From: an uncultured delta proteobacterium
GTDB lineage: Bacteria; Desulfobacterota; Desulfomonilia; Desulfomonilales; Desulfomonilaceae
Reading direction: 5' to 3'
Length of the DNA: 64,000 bases
Assembly: GCA_963789265.1 (NCBI GenBank)
Contig: CAWBKB010000003.1
Span: 928,001-992,000 of the forward strand
The stretch's first letter is position 1, and each line of letters starts with the position of its first letter. Below, piece after piece: positions 11,000 to 20,682 of the stretch. Below the pieces are notes generated by a model. That model was not told the DNA's origin. It ran no database searches and was given only the letters and a program-made list of their open reading frames with translations. The position numbers and the translations under genes are program-made.

Positions 11000-12043
11000 A
11001 TGAAAACGTTCGGAAAGTACGCTAAAGAGAGAATCACAAGGTTGGGGAAAAGCCAAAAAGATTTGGCCGCTGAACTCGGTGTTTCCCCGGCCTATATCTC
11101 TCAAATCTTCACCGGCAAGAAGAACCCGCCGGACCTTGGAAAACTAAAGAATCGATCTCAGTTACGGACTTGGTGCAGATTCCTTGGCGCATCCGAAGAA
11201 GAGATCCTGGATCTGGTCCGATACGAGCTTCATCGTGTTCCGCCGCGGCCGAATCCAAAGTTTCGCAATTTGCGGGACCTTCTTTTGAAACGCGTCAACG
11301 GCTCTCCGGCTGGGTTGATAGAAGAAATTCGCGGCATGGAGCTCCATCCGGCCGAGAACTTGGCTATTCAGGCGATGGTACAGATATACCTTTTGCTTGT
11401 GGAAGAGAGTGCCGACGGCAGGGCTCACGGCGCAGCGAGATTTAGGGATTTTTGTGCCCGTGCCAGGGCGAACAAAGATTTTGTAGAGGGAGAGTTGGTA
11501 AAGTTTTTCCAAAAGGAACCCTTCTCATGGTCCTGGGATGTCGAAACCAATGATGTCAGGTTCTTGTCTGAATCTGTTCAGATCCGCGAGGCAATGAACA
11601 GCTTGAGAAGCGTTCTCAAGACTCCGGGCCTTACCTACCCGGTGACTGTTCCGGTCGTTGCCCATGTGAGCGCGGGTGAGGGATTTGAATATACCGATGG
11701 AGGATTCGCCGCGGGCGAGGGATTCGATCAGGTGGAGATTCCGCCTGGTGTGGACCACAGGCTTGCTCACGCCCTATACTGTGTTAAAGTTCGAGGCGAT
11801 TCTCTTCGGGAATTCTTCGGCGATGGAACGCTGCTGTTCATAAAGCCCGAGTCATGGGAGGAGATTAAGGATGGGGATATCGTCATTTTCAAAGACCGGA
11901 ATGAGGGCAAAGCATTTGTGAAAAAAGTGGAATTCGCAGGTGAAAACCTGATTCTCAAATCCATGAACCCTCTTTATAAGCATAAGGTGTTGACCAAGTC
12001 GGATCTGTTGTTGCTCGAACGGGTCATGGCAATAATATTGTAA
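11000..12043 (+). CDS. XRE helix-turn-helix / S24 (LexA/CI-like) autopeptidase regulator
   Basis: N-terminal HTH (SQKDLAAELGVSPAYISQI); C-terminal VPVVAHVSAG cleavage-type site, VRGDS (Ser), FVKK (Lys) and LKSMNP. Confidence 0.85.
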   Translation: MKTFGKYAKERITRLGKSQKDLAAELGVSPAYISQIFTGKKNPPDLGKLKNRSQLRTWCRFLGASEEEILDLVRYELHRVPPRPNPKFRNLRDLLLKRVNGSPAGLIEEIRGMELHPAENLAIQAMVQIYLLLVEESADGRAHGAARFRDFCARARANKDFVEGELVKFFQKEPFSWSWDVETNDVRFLSESVQIREAMNSLRSVLKTPGLTYPVTVPVVAHVSAGEGFEYTDGGFAAGEGFDQVEIPPGVDHRLAHALYCVKVRGDSLREFFGDGTLLFIKPESWEEIKDGDIVIFKDRNEGKAFVKKVEFAGENLILKSMNPLYKHKVLTKSDLLLLERVMAIIL

Positions 12044-12044
12044 G

Positions 12045-13130
12045 GTGAGTAGCTTGAGTACGGGCCTAAAACAATGCGCACTCATTTATTTGGGGGCCCT
12101 GGTGATTTTCGGGACATGGGGTGAGGTGAGGTCCAGCTTCGCTGGATGCCGGCCACCTCATTTTGATACTATTCCAGACGGTTTCCGCTACCGATTGCCC
12201 CCACGGATTGAAAAGAACGGGCTCGTATTTGCAACCAAGCGCATTCCAATCCATCGGAGAGACGTCCGTAACCGAATTCTCAAACAATTGAACTATCTTC
12301 TCCAGGATCGACGTTCAAAGGTAGTGTTGTGGCTTGCCAGAGCGGATTCACTCAGACCGATCATAGTGCCGATTCTTCGGAAATACGGCCTGCCAAGGGA
12401 ATTTCTGTACCTTGCTGCCATCGAAAGCAGTTATAACAGTCGCGCTCTCTCTTCCGCAGGGGCCTTCGGTTACTGGCAGTTCATAAAATCGACGGCCCGG
12501 TGCGGGCCCCGCGGATGCGACCAATACGACTGGAAGATGCCTATTACCAGTTGGAAGGATGATCGCGCGGACTTGGTGAACTCCACCCATTCTGCGGCCA
12601 AGTATCTTGCGTGGATGAATCGGGTGAAGAAAGTCTGTCTCGACGGAAAGACAGAACAGTTGGGTTTCAAGGACTGGCTTATTACGGCGGCCGCCTATAA
12701 CTCCGGCCCTACTAGGCTGATTCAGCGGCTAAGTTCTTTCCAAGCGCATTCATATTGGGACGTGCCGTTGCCGGTCGAGACAGAGAAATACGTGCCCCGA
12801 TGGATCGCTCTCGGCCTCATCAGCAGGGACCGAGACTTCTATGGAGTGCAAATCCCCTTATCTCGCACGATCGCTTTCGACGTAGTGCATAAAGTGCAGC
12901 TCGCGAAAGATCTCTCTTTTGCAACCATCGCTCGTCTCTTGGGCACCACGCCGCGCGCTATCTGGTCCTTGAATACCCGGATTCCTCCCGAAAAGGCGGT
13001 TTTCCCCGCCCGCTCCGGCCGCAGGTTCATAACCCATACAATTCATGTGCCAAAGGGGACTCGCGACAAGTTCCTGGCCCAGCTCGTTGCCCACGGCTAC
13101 ATCAAAAGACTGGCGTCGAGAAGGCCTTGA
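12045..13130 (+). CDS. Lytic transglycosylase (SLT/MltD-like)
   Basis: YLAAIESSYN (catalytic Glu), GAFGYWQF, AAYNSG, ETEKYVPR; N-terminal signal-like segment. Confidence 0.88.
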   Translation: MSSLSTGLKQCALIYLGALVIFGTWGEVRSSFAGCRPPHFDTIPDGFRYRLPPRIEKNGLVFATKRIPIHRRDVRNRILKQLNYLLQDRRSKVVLWLARADSLRPIIVPILRKYGLPREFLYLAAIESSYNSRALSSAGAFGYWQFIKSTARCGPRGCDQYDWKMPITSWKDDRADLVNSTHSAAKYLAWMNRVKKVCLDGKTEQLGFKDWLITAAAYNSGPTRLIQRLSSFQAHSYWDVPLPVETEKYVPRWIALGLISRDRDFYGVQIPLSRTIAFDVVHKVQLAKDLSFATIARLLGTTPRAIWSLNTRIPPEKAVFPARSGRRFITHTIHVPKGTRDKFLAQLVAHGYIKRLASRRP

Positions 13131-13357
13131 TTCTTTGATCAGAGGAACAGGGACCGGCCCGTGCCGTTTTTACCGGCAATTGGCGAGTTGCCCTGTGATC
13201 GGGTAAAAAGTATTACTGGACGCAAAGCGCGATCCCCAGAACCTACCAGCACGATTTTCCCGCGAATCGGCCGGTGCCGGCTTGCATCGGATTACGCCGA
13301 ATACGTCTCTAGCGGTTTTCCTTTAATTTGTTATCTACCTTTGCTAGGCCGATACGA

Positions 13358-13771
13358 TTACTTGCTCGCCACGAAACGAGACATCGCTTGGCCGCAAGCG
13401 CACCCGGGCTTGCTTACACGAGCGCATATCAAGTACCTGCCTGGGATGGGAGGGTGCCATAAGGAAACGAATCTTCCGTGTTGATCGGTGTACCCTTCAA
13501 TTCGTTGAAGCCGGTTAGGGAACTTGGAAGCCGTGTCGCCGAGCGACCAGAACTTGAGCACCACTCTTCCGTAATGAAGATCGAAGCCTTCAACTTCAGA
13601 TTTTAAAGCTATTTTTATTCCTTCGCTGCCGTTGACCTTGCAGCAGGCAGCTTCCAGAGAGACTGAAATAGCTCGTTCCGGTACCGAGCTTGCTTTGTAT
13701 TCCCATGCCCAAAATCCAAGAAGCGAGCTACCAAAGAGGATTGCTGCTGCGACCTTCCCCGCTGAGATCAT
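13358..13771 (-). CDS. Hypothetical exported/membrane-anchored Cys-containing protein
   Basis: ATG at 13771 preceded by GGGGAGGG; N-terminal TM; CC and CAC motifs; sigma54 promoter upstream. Confidence 0.6.
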   Translation of the reverse strand: MISAGKVAAAILFGSSLLGFWAWEYKASSVPERAISVSLEAACCKVNGSEGIKIALKSEVEGFDLHYGRVVLKFWSLGDTASKFPNRLQRIEGYTDQHGRFVSLWHPPIPGRYLICARVSKPGCACGQAMSRFVASK

Positions 13772-13821
13772 TGGGTTCCCTCCCCGTGGAAACCTTATTC
13801 GCTGAACACTTGCATTCAACA

Positions 13822-13837
13822 AGCAGGTTCTGTGCCA
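13822..13837 (-). promoter_or_regulatory. Sigma54 (-24/-12) promoter
   Basis: Minus strand TGGCAC-AGAAC-CTGCT with the exact GG-N10-GC spacing, about 50 bp upstream of the ATG at 13771. Confidence 0.65.
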
Positions 13838-14133
13838 CAAAGGTATTAGGCTCCGGTTATTAGAGAAACCTTGTGGATTCGGACTATTACAGCATTCTGA
13901 CCGGTGCCCGGCCCGCGAGCCCAAGTCGGAGCAGTAGTAAATTTAAGTGGAAATTCCACATATTCCAGGGCATATTCGTAATATGCCGAATAATCGAAAG
14001 AATAGATATGTGGAATCCACGATATGAGAATCAGGAGACCATCGTCTACAAATTTGTAAGATTTTTCTGAAGCGAAAAAGCAAGCGACGAATCCGACGCA
14101 TTCGCCCAAATGTAGTGTATGTACCTAAAATGA

Positions 14134-14209
14134 GGGCAGACACGTGGGTCTGCTCCTACGTATGTTGAATTGAACCCGTTTTGGTAGGGGCGGACCCATG
14201 TGTCCGTCC
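14134..14209. repeat. REP-like inverted pair
   Basis: GGGCAGACACGTGGGTCTGCTCCTAC ... GTAGGGGCGGACCCATGTGTCCGTCC. Confidence 0.7.
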
Positions 14210-14440
14210 AATTCCACATATATCCGGCATCAGCACAATCTTCTTTATGCTATTGTCATGCATATCAAAATGAAATTGAATCCTTAGCTGCTATGGGGCA
14301 TTATCCATAACCGTTCTTTCGCTCAATTATAAAGCGCACGCGGCATGATGTGCCCAGGAGCCAAGCCCATTGCCGCCGCGGTTCGCTACAGTTACCCGTT
14401 TCATAGCAAATACGTGCAATTCCCTGTCTCGAGTAAACCT

Positions 14441-15007
14441 TCAGCCGCAAACGTCTTGGGCCTTAAGCGTGACAACAAAGAGGGACGATTCGGGGGTTGT
14501 CAGATTTCGGAAATTTGCCTTTGCCTCGGGCAGTAGATAAAGGCCGTCTCCTTCGCCCAAACTATAAAGTTCAGTATCAACTTCGGCTGTTACAGCTCCG
14601 CGTAGGCAGTACACGAAACCGTCTGTGGAAAGGCTTTCCAAAGAAACTTGCCGACCGGCTCCCTTCAGGATGACAATTTTGGCATCCATCCTCCTAAGAG
14701 AGACTTTGCCTGTGAGCAATTCCGTGGACACATGAGAAGAAAAAGTCTCCAGTTTGTCTCTTCCCCCTTTGGGGCATAATATTGCCTTTTTGTACAGCAC
14801 TTCATCCAAAAACACACCCGGACGGAGTCGGAATGCAGCGGCAATTTTCACGAGCGTGTTTAGTGTAGGTGAGGATTTGCCGAGCTCAATTGAACTGAGG
14901 TTCGAAGCCGCGATTCCGGTTATCTTGGACAAATCAATAAGCGAAAGCCTTTTCTTTTTGCGAAAGGCCCTGATCTGCGCCCCGACGTTGAGTTCGGAAG
15001 ATGACAT
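14441..15007 (-). CDS. XRE-family HTH regulator with cupin domain
   Basis: IRAFRKKKRLSLIDLSKITGIAASNLSSIELGKSSPT HTH; C-terminal cupin (FVYCLRG..LGEGDGLY). Confidence 0.88.
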   Translation of the reverse strand: MSSSELNVGAQIRAFRKKKRLSLIDLSKITGIAASNLSSIELGKSSPTLNTLVKIAAAFRLRPGVFLDEVLYKKAILCPKGGRDKLETFSSHVSTELLTGKVSLRRMDAKIVILKGAGRQVSLESLSTDGFVYCLRGAVTAEVDTELYSLGEGDGLYLLPEAKANFRNLTTPESSLFVVTLKAQDVCG

Positions 15008-15091
15008 GAACGTTTCCTCGTCGAATCGTTAGATATCGATTCACTTTCAAGCGAATAACACCTAGTTTCTGGTAGGGGCGGGTTTCAAACC

Positions 15092-15265
15092 CAATGCTGT
15101 TGACTTAAGGGACCTCCGTCTACCCCACCGTCACCCCGGCGAAGGCCGGGGTCCAGGGGAGATTAGGAAAACCTGGATTCCGGCCTCCGCCGGAATGACG
15201 AGGTGAAGGCCCGTCGAAGGAAAAGTTCCTGGACAAGGGGCATGCGGCTTAAGTCAACAGCATTG
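15092..15265. mobile_element. 174-bp non-autonomous IS4-family-like MITE inserted in a REP palindrome
   Basis: Perfect 18-bp terminal inverted repeats CAATGCTGTTGACTTAAG (15092-15109 / 15248-15265), flanked by an 11-bp direct repeat GGTTTCAAACC (15081-15091, 15266-15276). Confidence 0.85.
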
Positions 15266-15316
15266 GGTTTCAAACCCGCCCCTACGTGTCGTCGTGCCCG
15301 AGTACCCGGAGAACTG

Positions 15317-15430
15317 TAGGGGCGACTGACGGTCGCCCAGGGCGAATGCCATTCGCCCCTACCATATCCGAACGACCGTCCGGGGTGACGAATGGCAGGC
15401 AGTCCCGCGTTCCGCTCGGGACTGCCCAAC
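15317..15430. repeat. REP-like elements
   Basis: GTAGGGGCGA..GGGCGAATGCCATTCGCCCCTAC (a similar copy lies at 62441-62487), plus GGCAGGCA..CTGCCC. Confidence 0.7.
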
Positions 15431-15494
15431 CATATCTTGTCCGGGATTGTCACACCTTTGACTGCGCATTCGTTTTAATGGTTACACAACTTCT

Positions 15495-16886
15495 CTAGTC
15501 AAACAGGAGGTCGGCCAATTCACTGATACGGGAAATCCCCTGCAACTTCATCCCCGCGGGGAGCGGCAGTTGCTCGGAATTCGAGCCCGGCGCGATAATA
15601 CGATGGAAGCCTAGTCTTGAGGCTTCATTGATCCGTGTAACTGCCCTGGACACTCGTCGAACTTCGCCTGCCAGGCCCACCTCCCCGAACACAAGAGTCC
15701 CTCCAGGAACGTTTCGATCCATAAAAGACGAGAGTAAGGCTGCCACTATCGCGAGGTCCGCAGCGGGTTCGGTGGCCCTAACTCCGCCGACCGCATTCAG
15801 GAATATATCTTGGTCGCCCAGTGTCAAACCAAGTTTCTTCTCGACAACTGCAATCATGAGAGCCAGCCGCTGGGAATCCGTCCCAAGGCACGTCCGTCGT
15901 CCCTGGCCCAGAGCCGGCCCGGTCACCAGTGCTTGGATTTCGGCTAGAATAGGGCGAGAACCTTCGACAAGGGCGGTGACTATGGAACCGGAGACCCCTT
16001 CCGGGCGCTCCGACAAGAAAAGTTCCGAGGGGTTGGCCACTTCGGTAAGCCCGCAGTCTCCCATTTCGAAAACGCCTATTTCGCTTGCCGAGCCGAATCG
16101 GTTCTTGACAGCCCTTAAGATTCGGTACGGATGACCCCGTTCCCCTTCAAAATAGAGCACAGTGTCCACTACATGTTCTAGCACTTTCGGCCCCGCCAGG
16201 GCACCGTCTTTTGTCACATGACCAACTATAAAACACGCGGAAGACCCTTTCTTTATGCATTCGAGAATTCTGCTCGCAACCTGGCGAACCTGCGATACGG
16301 TTCCCGCCTGAGCCTCAAAAGATTGGCTGAATACTGACTGTACCGAGTCCAGCACGATCACCGCTGCTTCGATCTGCACGATTTTGTCGATTATGGCTTC
16401 AAGTTCGTTCTCCACCAATACGAGGAAGTTTTCCGCCCCTATCCCGATTCGTTCGGCCCGAAGTTTGAGCTGCTCCGAGGATTCTTCGCCGGAAACATAA
16501 AGGACCTTTTCCCCCGCCTCGGCCATGCAGCTAAGGGCCTGCATCAATAGGGTGCTTTTCCCTATTCCCGGATCTCCTCCCACCAGGATCACACTGCGGC
16601 GCACAACACCTCCGCCGAGCACTCGGTTGAGTTCGTCGATGCCCGTGTCCAGTCTTTGGTGGGATTGGCCCTGTATAGCAGAGATCGGAATTATCGCTCC
16701 AGGCTCTTCATTGCCGCTTGAGGAATGTACCGCAGACGCTGAAAATGCACTGACCTCTTTTTCAACCACTGAGTTCCATTCGCCGCACCCCGGACATCGG
16801 CCCATCCATTTGAGAAGGTGCTTGCCGCATTTCTCACATACAAAAAGGATCTCACTTTTCAATTTAATCTTCACCCCTGAGAGCAC
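15495..16886 (-). CDS. radA: DNA repair protein RadA/Sms
   Basis: C4 zinc finger (CEKC..CPGC), GGDPGIGKST, KNRFG motif, Lon-like C-terminus. Confidence 0.97.
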   Translation of the reverse strand: MLSGVKIKLKSEILFVCEKCGKHLLKWMGRCPGCGEWNSVVEKEVSAFSASAVHSSSGNEEPGAIIPISAIQGQSHQRLDTGIDELNRVLGGGVVRRSVILVGGDPGIGKSTLLMQALSCMAEAGEKVLYVSGEESSEQLKLRAERIGIGAENFLVLVENELEAIIDKIVQIEAAVIVLDSVQSVFSQSFEAQAGTVSQVRQVASRILECIKKGSSACFIVGHVTKDGALAGPKVLEHVVDTVLYFEGERGHPYRILRAVKNRFGSASEIGVFEMGDCGLTEVANPSELFLSERPEGVSGSIVTALVEGSRPILAEIQALVTGPALGQGRRTCLGTDSQRLALMIAVVEKKLGLTLGDQDIFLNAVGGVRATEPAADLAIVAALLSSFMDRNVPGGTLVFGEVGLAGEVRRVSRAVTRINEASRLGFHRIIAPGSNSEQLPLPAGMKLQGISRISELADLLFD

Positions 16887-17011
16887 ATTGATATCAGTGG
16901 CACCTCAATCCTTTTAACTTTTCCCCTCCGAGTCTACAACTACTACCCGCGATTTGCAGACTCTAAGCGCACCGTGTTATCCTACATTTCGTTTCATGCC
17001 GGACTAATAAA

Positions 17012-17992
17012 ATGGCTGCGTCCAACCCACGATATCGATCGTTTTCCTCTTGGCTCAAACAAATGTTCGATGAGCCCGTGCGTAAGATTACTCTTGATGC
17101 GGGATTAGGGTGCCCGAACCGTGACGGCACCTTCGGGTGGGGAGGATGCACATATTGCAATCCCCAAGGTTCAGGAACCGGGGCACAAAGCCGGGGGATT
17201 GGTTTGCGCGAACAAGTGGACAACGGCATTGCCTTCCTTGGCAAGCGATACAAGTGCAAAAAGTTCATTGCGTATTTCCAGTCTTTTACCAACACTTACG
17301 GAGATCCGGAGCGACTTGCCCAGTTTTACCGCGAGGCTTTGCGACGGCCCGAGGTCGTAGGATTGGCGGTTGGCACACGACCGGATTGCGTATCTGACCC
17401 GGTCCTGGATCTTCTTTCGGATCTGGGCCGCAGCCGGCTGGTCTGGGTAGAGTATGGATTGCAGTCGGCTCACCGACGTACCTTGGACCTGATTAATCGC
17501 GGTCACGGGCCGGAGGCTTTCTTTGATGCGGTCAAGCGGACCCGAGCACGTGGAATTAGTGTGGTGGTTCACCTCATACTCGGTCTGCCGGGTGAATCTG
17601 TGAGCGATATGGTGGAATCAGCAATTGCCGCGGCTGATGCCGGTGTAGCCGGCGTGAAGCTCCACCCTCTCTACGTGATACGAGGAACCGCGTTGGAGCA
17701 ACTGTACCTGGATGGCCGATATAGCCCGCTGACAGAGAAAGAGGCCCGGGAAGCCACGCTGTCCGTTTTGGAAGTGCTCCCCCCTGATATCGTCGTACAT
17801 CGGACGACCTCGGACCCTCACCCCGAAGAACTAGTTGCTCCTCTCTGGATGCTTGATCGGCCAGGCGTGAGGCGCCGTCTTCATGAGGCGATGGAAACAA
17901 GGAATTTCAGGCAGGGGACTCACTACAAGCAGCAAGCCCTAGATACTTCCTTCGCCGGTCATGAGCCTTGTGGAGATGAGACCAAGAAGTGA
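17012..17992 (+). CDS. Radical SAM protein, TIGR01212 (YhcC/YtqA-like)
   Basis: CPNRDGT..GGCTYC, YFQSFTNTY, GTRPDC, EYGLQS, GVKLH. Confidence 0.9.
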   Translation: MAASNPRYRSFSSWLKQMFDEPVRKITLDAGLGCPNRDGTFGWGGCTYCNPQGSGTGAQSRGIGLREQVDNGIAFLGKRYKCKKFIAYFQSFTNTYGDPERLAQFYREALRRPEVVGLAVGTRPDCVSDPVLDLLSDLGRSRLVWVEYGLQSAHRRTLDLINRGHGPEAFFDAVKRTRARGISVVVHLILGLPGESVSDMVESAIAAADAGVAGVKLHPLYVIRGTALEQLYLDGRYSPLTEKEAREATLSVLEVLPPDIVVHRTTSDPHPEELVAPLWMLDRPGVRRRLHEAMETRNFRQGTHYKQQALDTSFAGHEPCGDETKK

Positions 17993-18037
17993 GGCAACGC
18001 GGATATCAATAAGTACATAAATCAGTTGAAATCTGGA

Positions 18038-18247
18038 TTATTCCAGAACGAAAATCACTTCCGCTGTTACACGATATTCTTGAATTTGCCCGGCCTCGCA
18101 CATAACCCTAAATTCGGTGATCTTCATCCCGGTGATGTTTCTCAAAGTTTTGTTGGCCCGTTCGAAAGCTAATTTAACAGCATCGTCAAAGTTGTTCGGA
18201 GATCCCGCTATAACTTGAGTGATTCTTGCTACTCTTCCTTCTGCCAT
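18038..18247 (-). CDS. Dodecin family flavin-binding protein
   Basis: 69 aa: VARITQVIAGSPNNFDDAVK..RANKTLRNI..IQEYRV..F; SD upstream. Confidence 0.88.
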   Translation of the reverse strand: MAEGRVARITQVIAGSPNNFDDAVKLAFERANKTLRNITGMKITEFRVMCEAGQIQEYRVTAEVIFVLE

Positions 18248-18379
18248 TGTGCTTCCCTCCCTAGCCGGGTTGCCTCACATGATCAGACTAGAAGATCGTA
18301 ACGGCAGTTGTCAACTTTTCTTACCGGCCCGAACCGAAGTATGATTCCTGGAGCGCGTAGGCAAAAATAGAAAGGAAAA

Positions 18380-19108
18380 CTATTTCAGGATAGCGGCAAG
18401 CTTGGTCATTTCTCTATCGCTGAGGGTCCGCCACTCCCCGACCGGGAGCGTGCCCAATGAGAGGGGACCGAACCCGACTCTTCGTATTTTACGCACCGGA
18501 TGCCTTATCTGAAAGAAGATCCGCTTTATTTCGTTTTTTTTGCCTTCGTAGATCACCATTTTGATCCACGTAGTGGTCTTCTGCTTTTTGATGACAGACC
18601 ACTGCACGTCGCCAAGCCTCTCCCCCTCTCCGATGGACATCCCCCTTTTTATAGTGGCCAGTGACCGGTCGTCAGGCGTACCGCGCACTTTGACGAGGTA
18701 AGTTCGCGGAATTCTGTGCTTGGGATGACCCAATTTCTGAGCGAGCTGCCCGTCATTGGTCAATATCATTAGCCCTTCTACATCAAAATCCAGGCGCCCT
18801 ACCGCGAATAATTTCTTCTTTAGAGGCTTGAGAAGGTCTCCCAAACAGGGCCGTCCTTCCGGATCGCTCATTGTGGATACCACATTGCGCGGTTTATTGA
18901 ACATGTAATATGACCTTACGGCATCAGGACGACGCAGCAATTTTCCGTCCACTTTTATGTAGTCTTTGTCGGGATCGGCGGTCTGCGCGGGCTCAGTCAC
19001 GATGCGGCCGTTGAGCGTAACTCGCCCCTCCAGGATGATCTGCTCGGCTTTCCGCCGAGATGCGAAGCCCGAATCACGTATTATCAATTGAATTCTTTTT
19101 TGTGTCAT
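18380..19108 (-). CDS. rRNA pseudouridine synthase (RluB/RsuA family)
   Basis: S4 domain (SRRKAEQII..GRV), NKP..VVSTMSD, VGRLD catalytic motif; alternative TTG start at 19126. Confidence 0.92.
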   Translation of the reverse strand: MTQKRIQLIIRDSGFASRRKAEQIILEGRVTLNGRIVTEPAQTADPDKDYIKVDGKLLRRPDAVRSYYMFNKPRNVVSTMSDPEGRPCLGDLLKPLKKKLFAVGRLDFDVEGLMILTNDGQLAQKLGHPKHRIPRTYLVKVRGTPDDRSLATIKRGMSIGEGERLGDVQWSVIKKQKTTTWIKMVIYEGKKNEIKRIFFQIRHPVRKIRRVGFGPLSLGTLPVGEWRTLSDREMTKLAAILK

Positions 19109-19122
19109 GACTCTCTCGGAAC

Positions 19123-20350
19123 TCAAACCACGTACTGAAAGACCACTTTTATGGCTTTGCTTCGGGCGCGATCCGCCACCGCGTTGAAAGCACGCTCGTA
19201 CTCTTCTAACCTGAATCTATGAGTCAAAAGCTCAGAGCAAGGAAGTCCGTGATGTGCGGCAAGTTCCATCGCGATGTCGAAAGTCTCCCTCAGTTCTCCA
19301 TTGTGGGAGTCCCTGCCGGAGAAGAGGGTTCCGCTAATTTTGATGCTCTTGAACCACAACGGTGTCATGTCGAAGCCGGACGCCTGATTGACGCCCATAA
19401 GCACAACTCTCTTGCCCTCACCGGCAAAACGGAGAGCATCTCCAATATGATCCCCCGAGCCGGTTGTTTCGTAAACCAGATCCGCGCCGCCTTCCAAAGT
19501 AATGCGTCCCACTTCCGGATAGCGAACTGTGCCGTTCACGAATGCGGCCACCTCTTCGTAGGCTGTCGCGGGGTTGTTCGCTAAGACCGCATCTGCTTCC
19601 GACAATTTACGGACCGCATCGACTTCAAAGGAGTGGGTGCAGACAACAAGAATTTTCACCCTATATCCCAAGAGTTGCAATGCCTCGAGGGTCAGTAGGC
19701 CCAGTGAGGCCGCGCCCATCACGATCACGCGATCGCCCGCCGTGGGAGGATGCTGCAGAAACTGCTCTCACAGCGCGAGCGAATTCCGGTACAAGTATGG
19801 CCTGGTCGCTCTCCATGTTTTGAGGCAGCCGGCGCACCTGGCTTTGATGTGCGATGAAGTAGTCGCCCCATCCACCGGACGTGTCTCTGCACGCTCCAAT
19901 CATCATTCCCGGGCCGATAACTCCCTTGGCGAAGTTTCTGCACGAAGACGGTTCCCCGCGGGAGCAAGACGGACAGGGAGGTTGCACTTGTCGCGGTCGG
20001 CAAGATAAGAGAGGGTCTACAACCACACGCTCACCGGGTTCGATCCCTTGCACCTCTTCTCCGACTTCGGTCACGATGCCCAAATTCTCGTTTCCCGGAA
20101 CAAACGGGAAAGAGAGGAACGCCCCGAGCGGAGATGGGTCATGATGAAGGATCATGGCTTCATCCATGCCGGAAATTCCTGACATGATCGCACGAACTCT
20201 TACCCACTGGTGACTCACCAGCGTCGGTTCGGGAACCTCGGCCGACTGAAGTGTTAAGCCCTGCGGAACTCTTTCTTGGTGCAAAATCTTGGATCGAACG
20301 CGGCCCCACACTTCCTTCCCGAGACTGAAATTTGCCAGAATGGCCTTCAT
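19123..20350 (-). CDS. Medium-chain (zinc-binding) dehydrogenase-like protein (+1 frameshift near 19760)
   Basis: GroES-like domain with structural Zn cysteines (C..CPSC..C) and Rossmann VIVMGAASLG; the catalytic Zn ligands appear substituted. Confidence 0.8.
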
Positions 20351-20490
20351 CGGACTATCCTCCAGCTTTGCCGTTCGCAGCATTTGTTAGTGCGCCACAG
20401 AGATTTTGTCAAACCGTTTTCCTTTTACTGCTGCGGTTTTTCCCGATATGAGTTCGGCAGAGATGTAATGCGCGCGGGCTGTTGCCGAAA

Positions 20491-20519
20491 CTTGACATCA
20501 ACCTAACGATAACCCATCT
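20491..20519 (+). promoter_or_regulatory. Possible sigma32 (heat-shock)-type promoter upstream of ftsH
   Basis: CTTGACA-N14-ACCCATCT resembles the RpoH consensus CTTGAAA-N13-17-CCCCATnT. Confidence 0.35.
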
Positions 20520-20682
20520 TAGAACTAGAGCAGGCTAAACCGGATAGGGATCCTGGCGGCGGACCGTTTGTTATGCCGGCTGGGGCTTAAACTGAGGCTT
20601 TTGTGAACCCGGGGGTTCCAGGTTCGCTATCCGCGCTGATGGAATGCAGCCGCTGTGCCGCGGGCAGGAGCGTTTCCTTTCA

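Noticed and set aside
13846..14109. 87-aa Tyr-rich ORF, considered as a RAYT remnant
   Set aside because: No HUH or other convincing transposase motif, and it overlaps palindromic, probably regulatory DNA.
14301..14309. TTATCCATA, DnaA-box-like
   Set aside because: Single mismatched copy with no cluster and no dnaA nearby.
20600..20670. CCAGG...GGAATGCAGCC, resembling SRP (4.5S) RNA
   Set aside because: The spacing and GNRA tetraloop of the SRP domain IV motif are absent.
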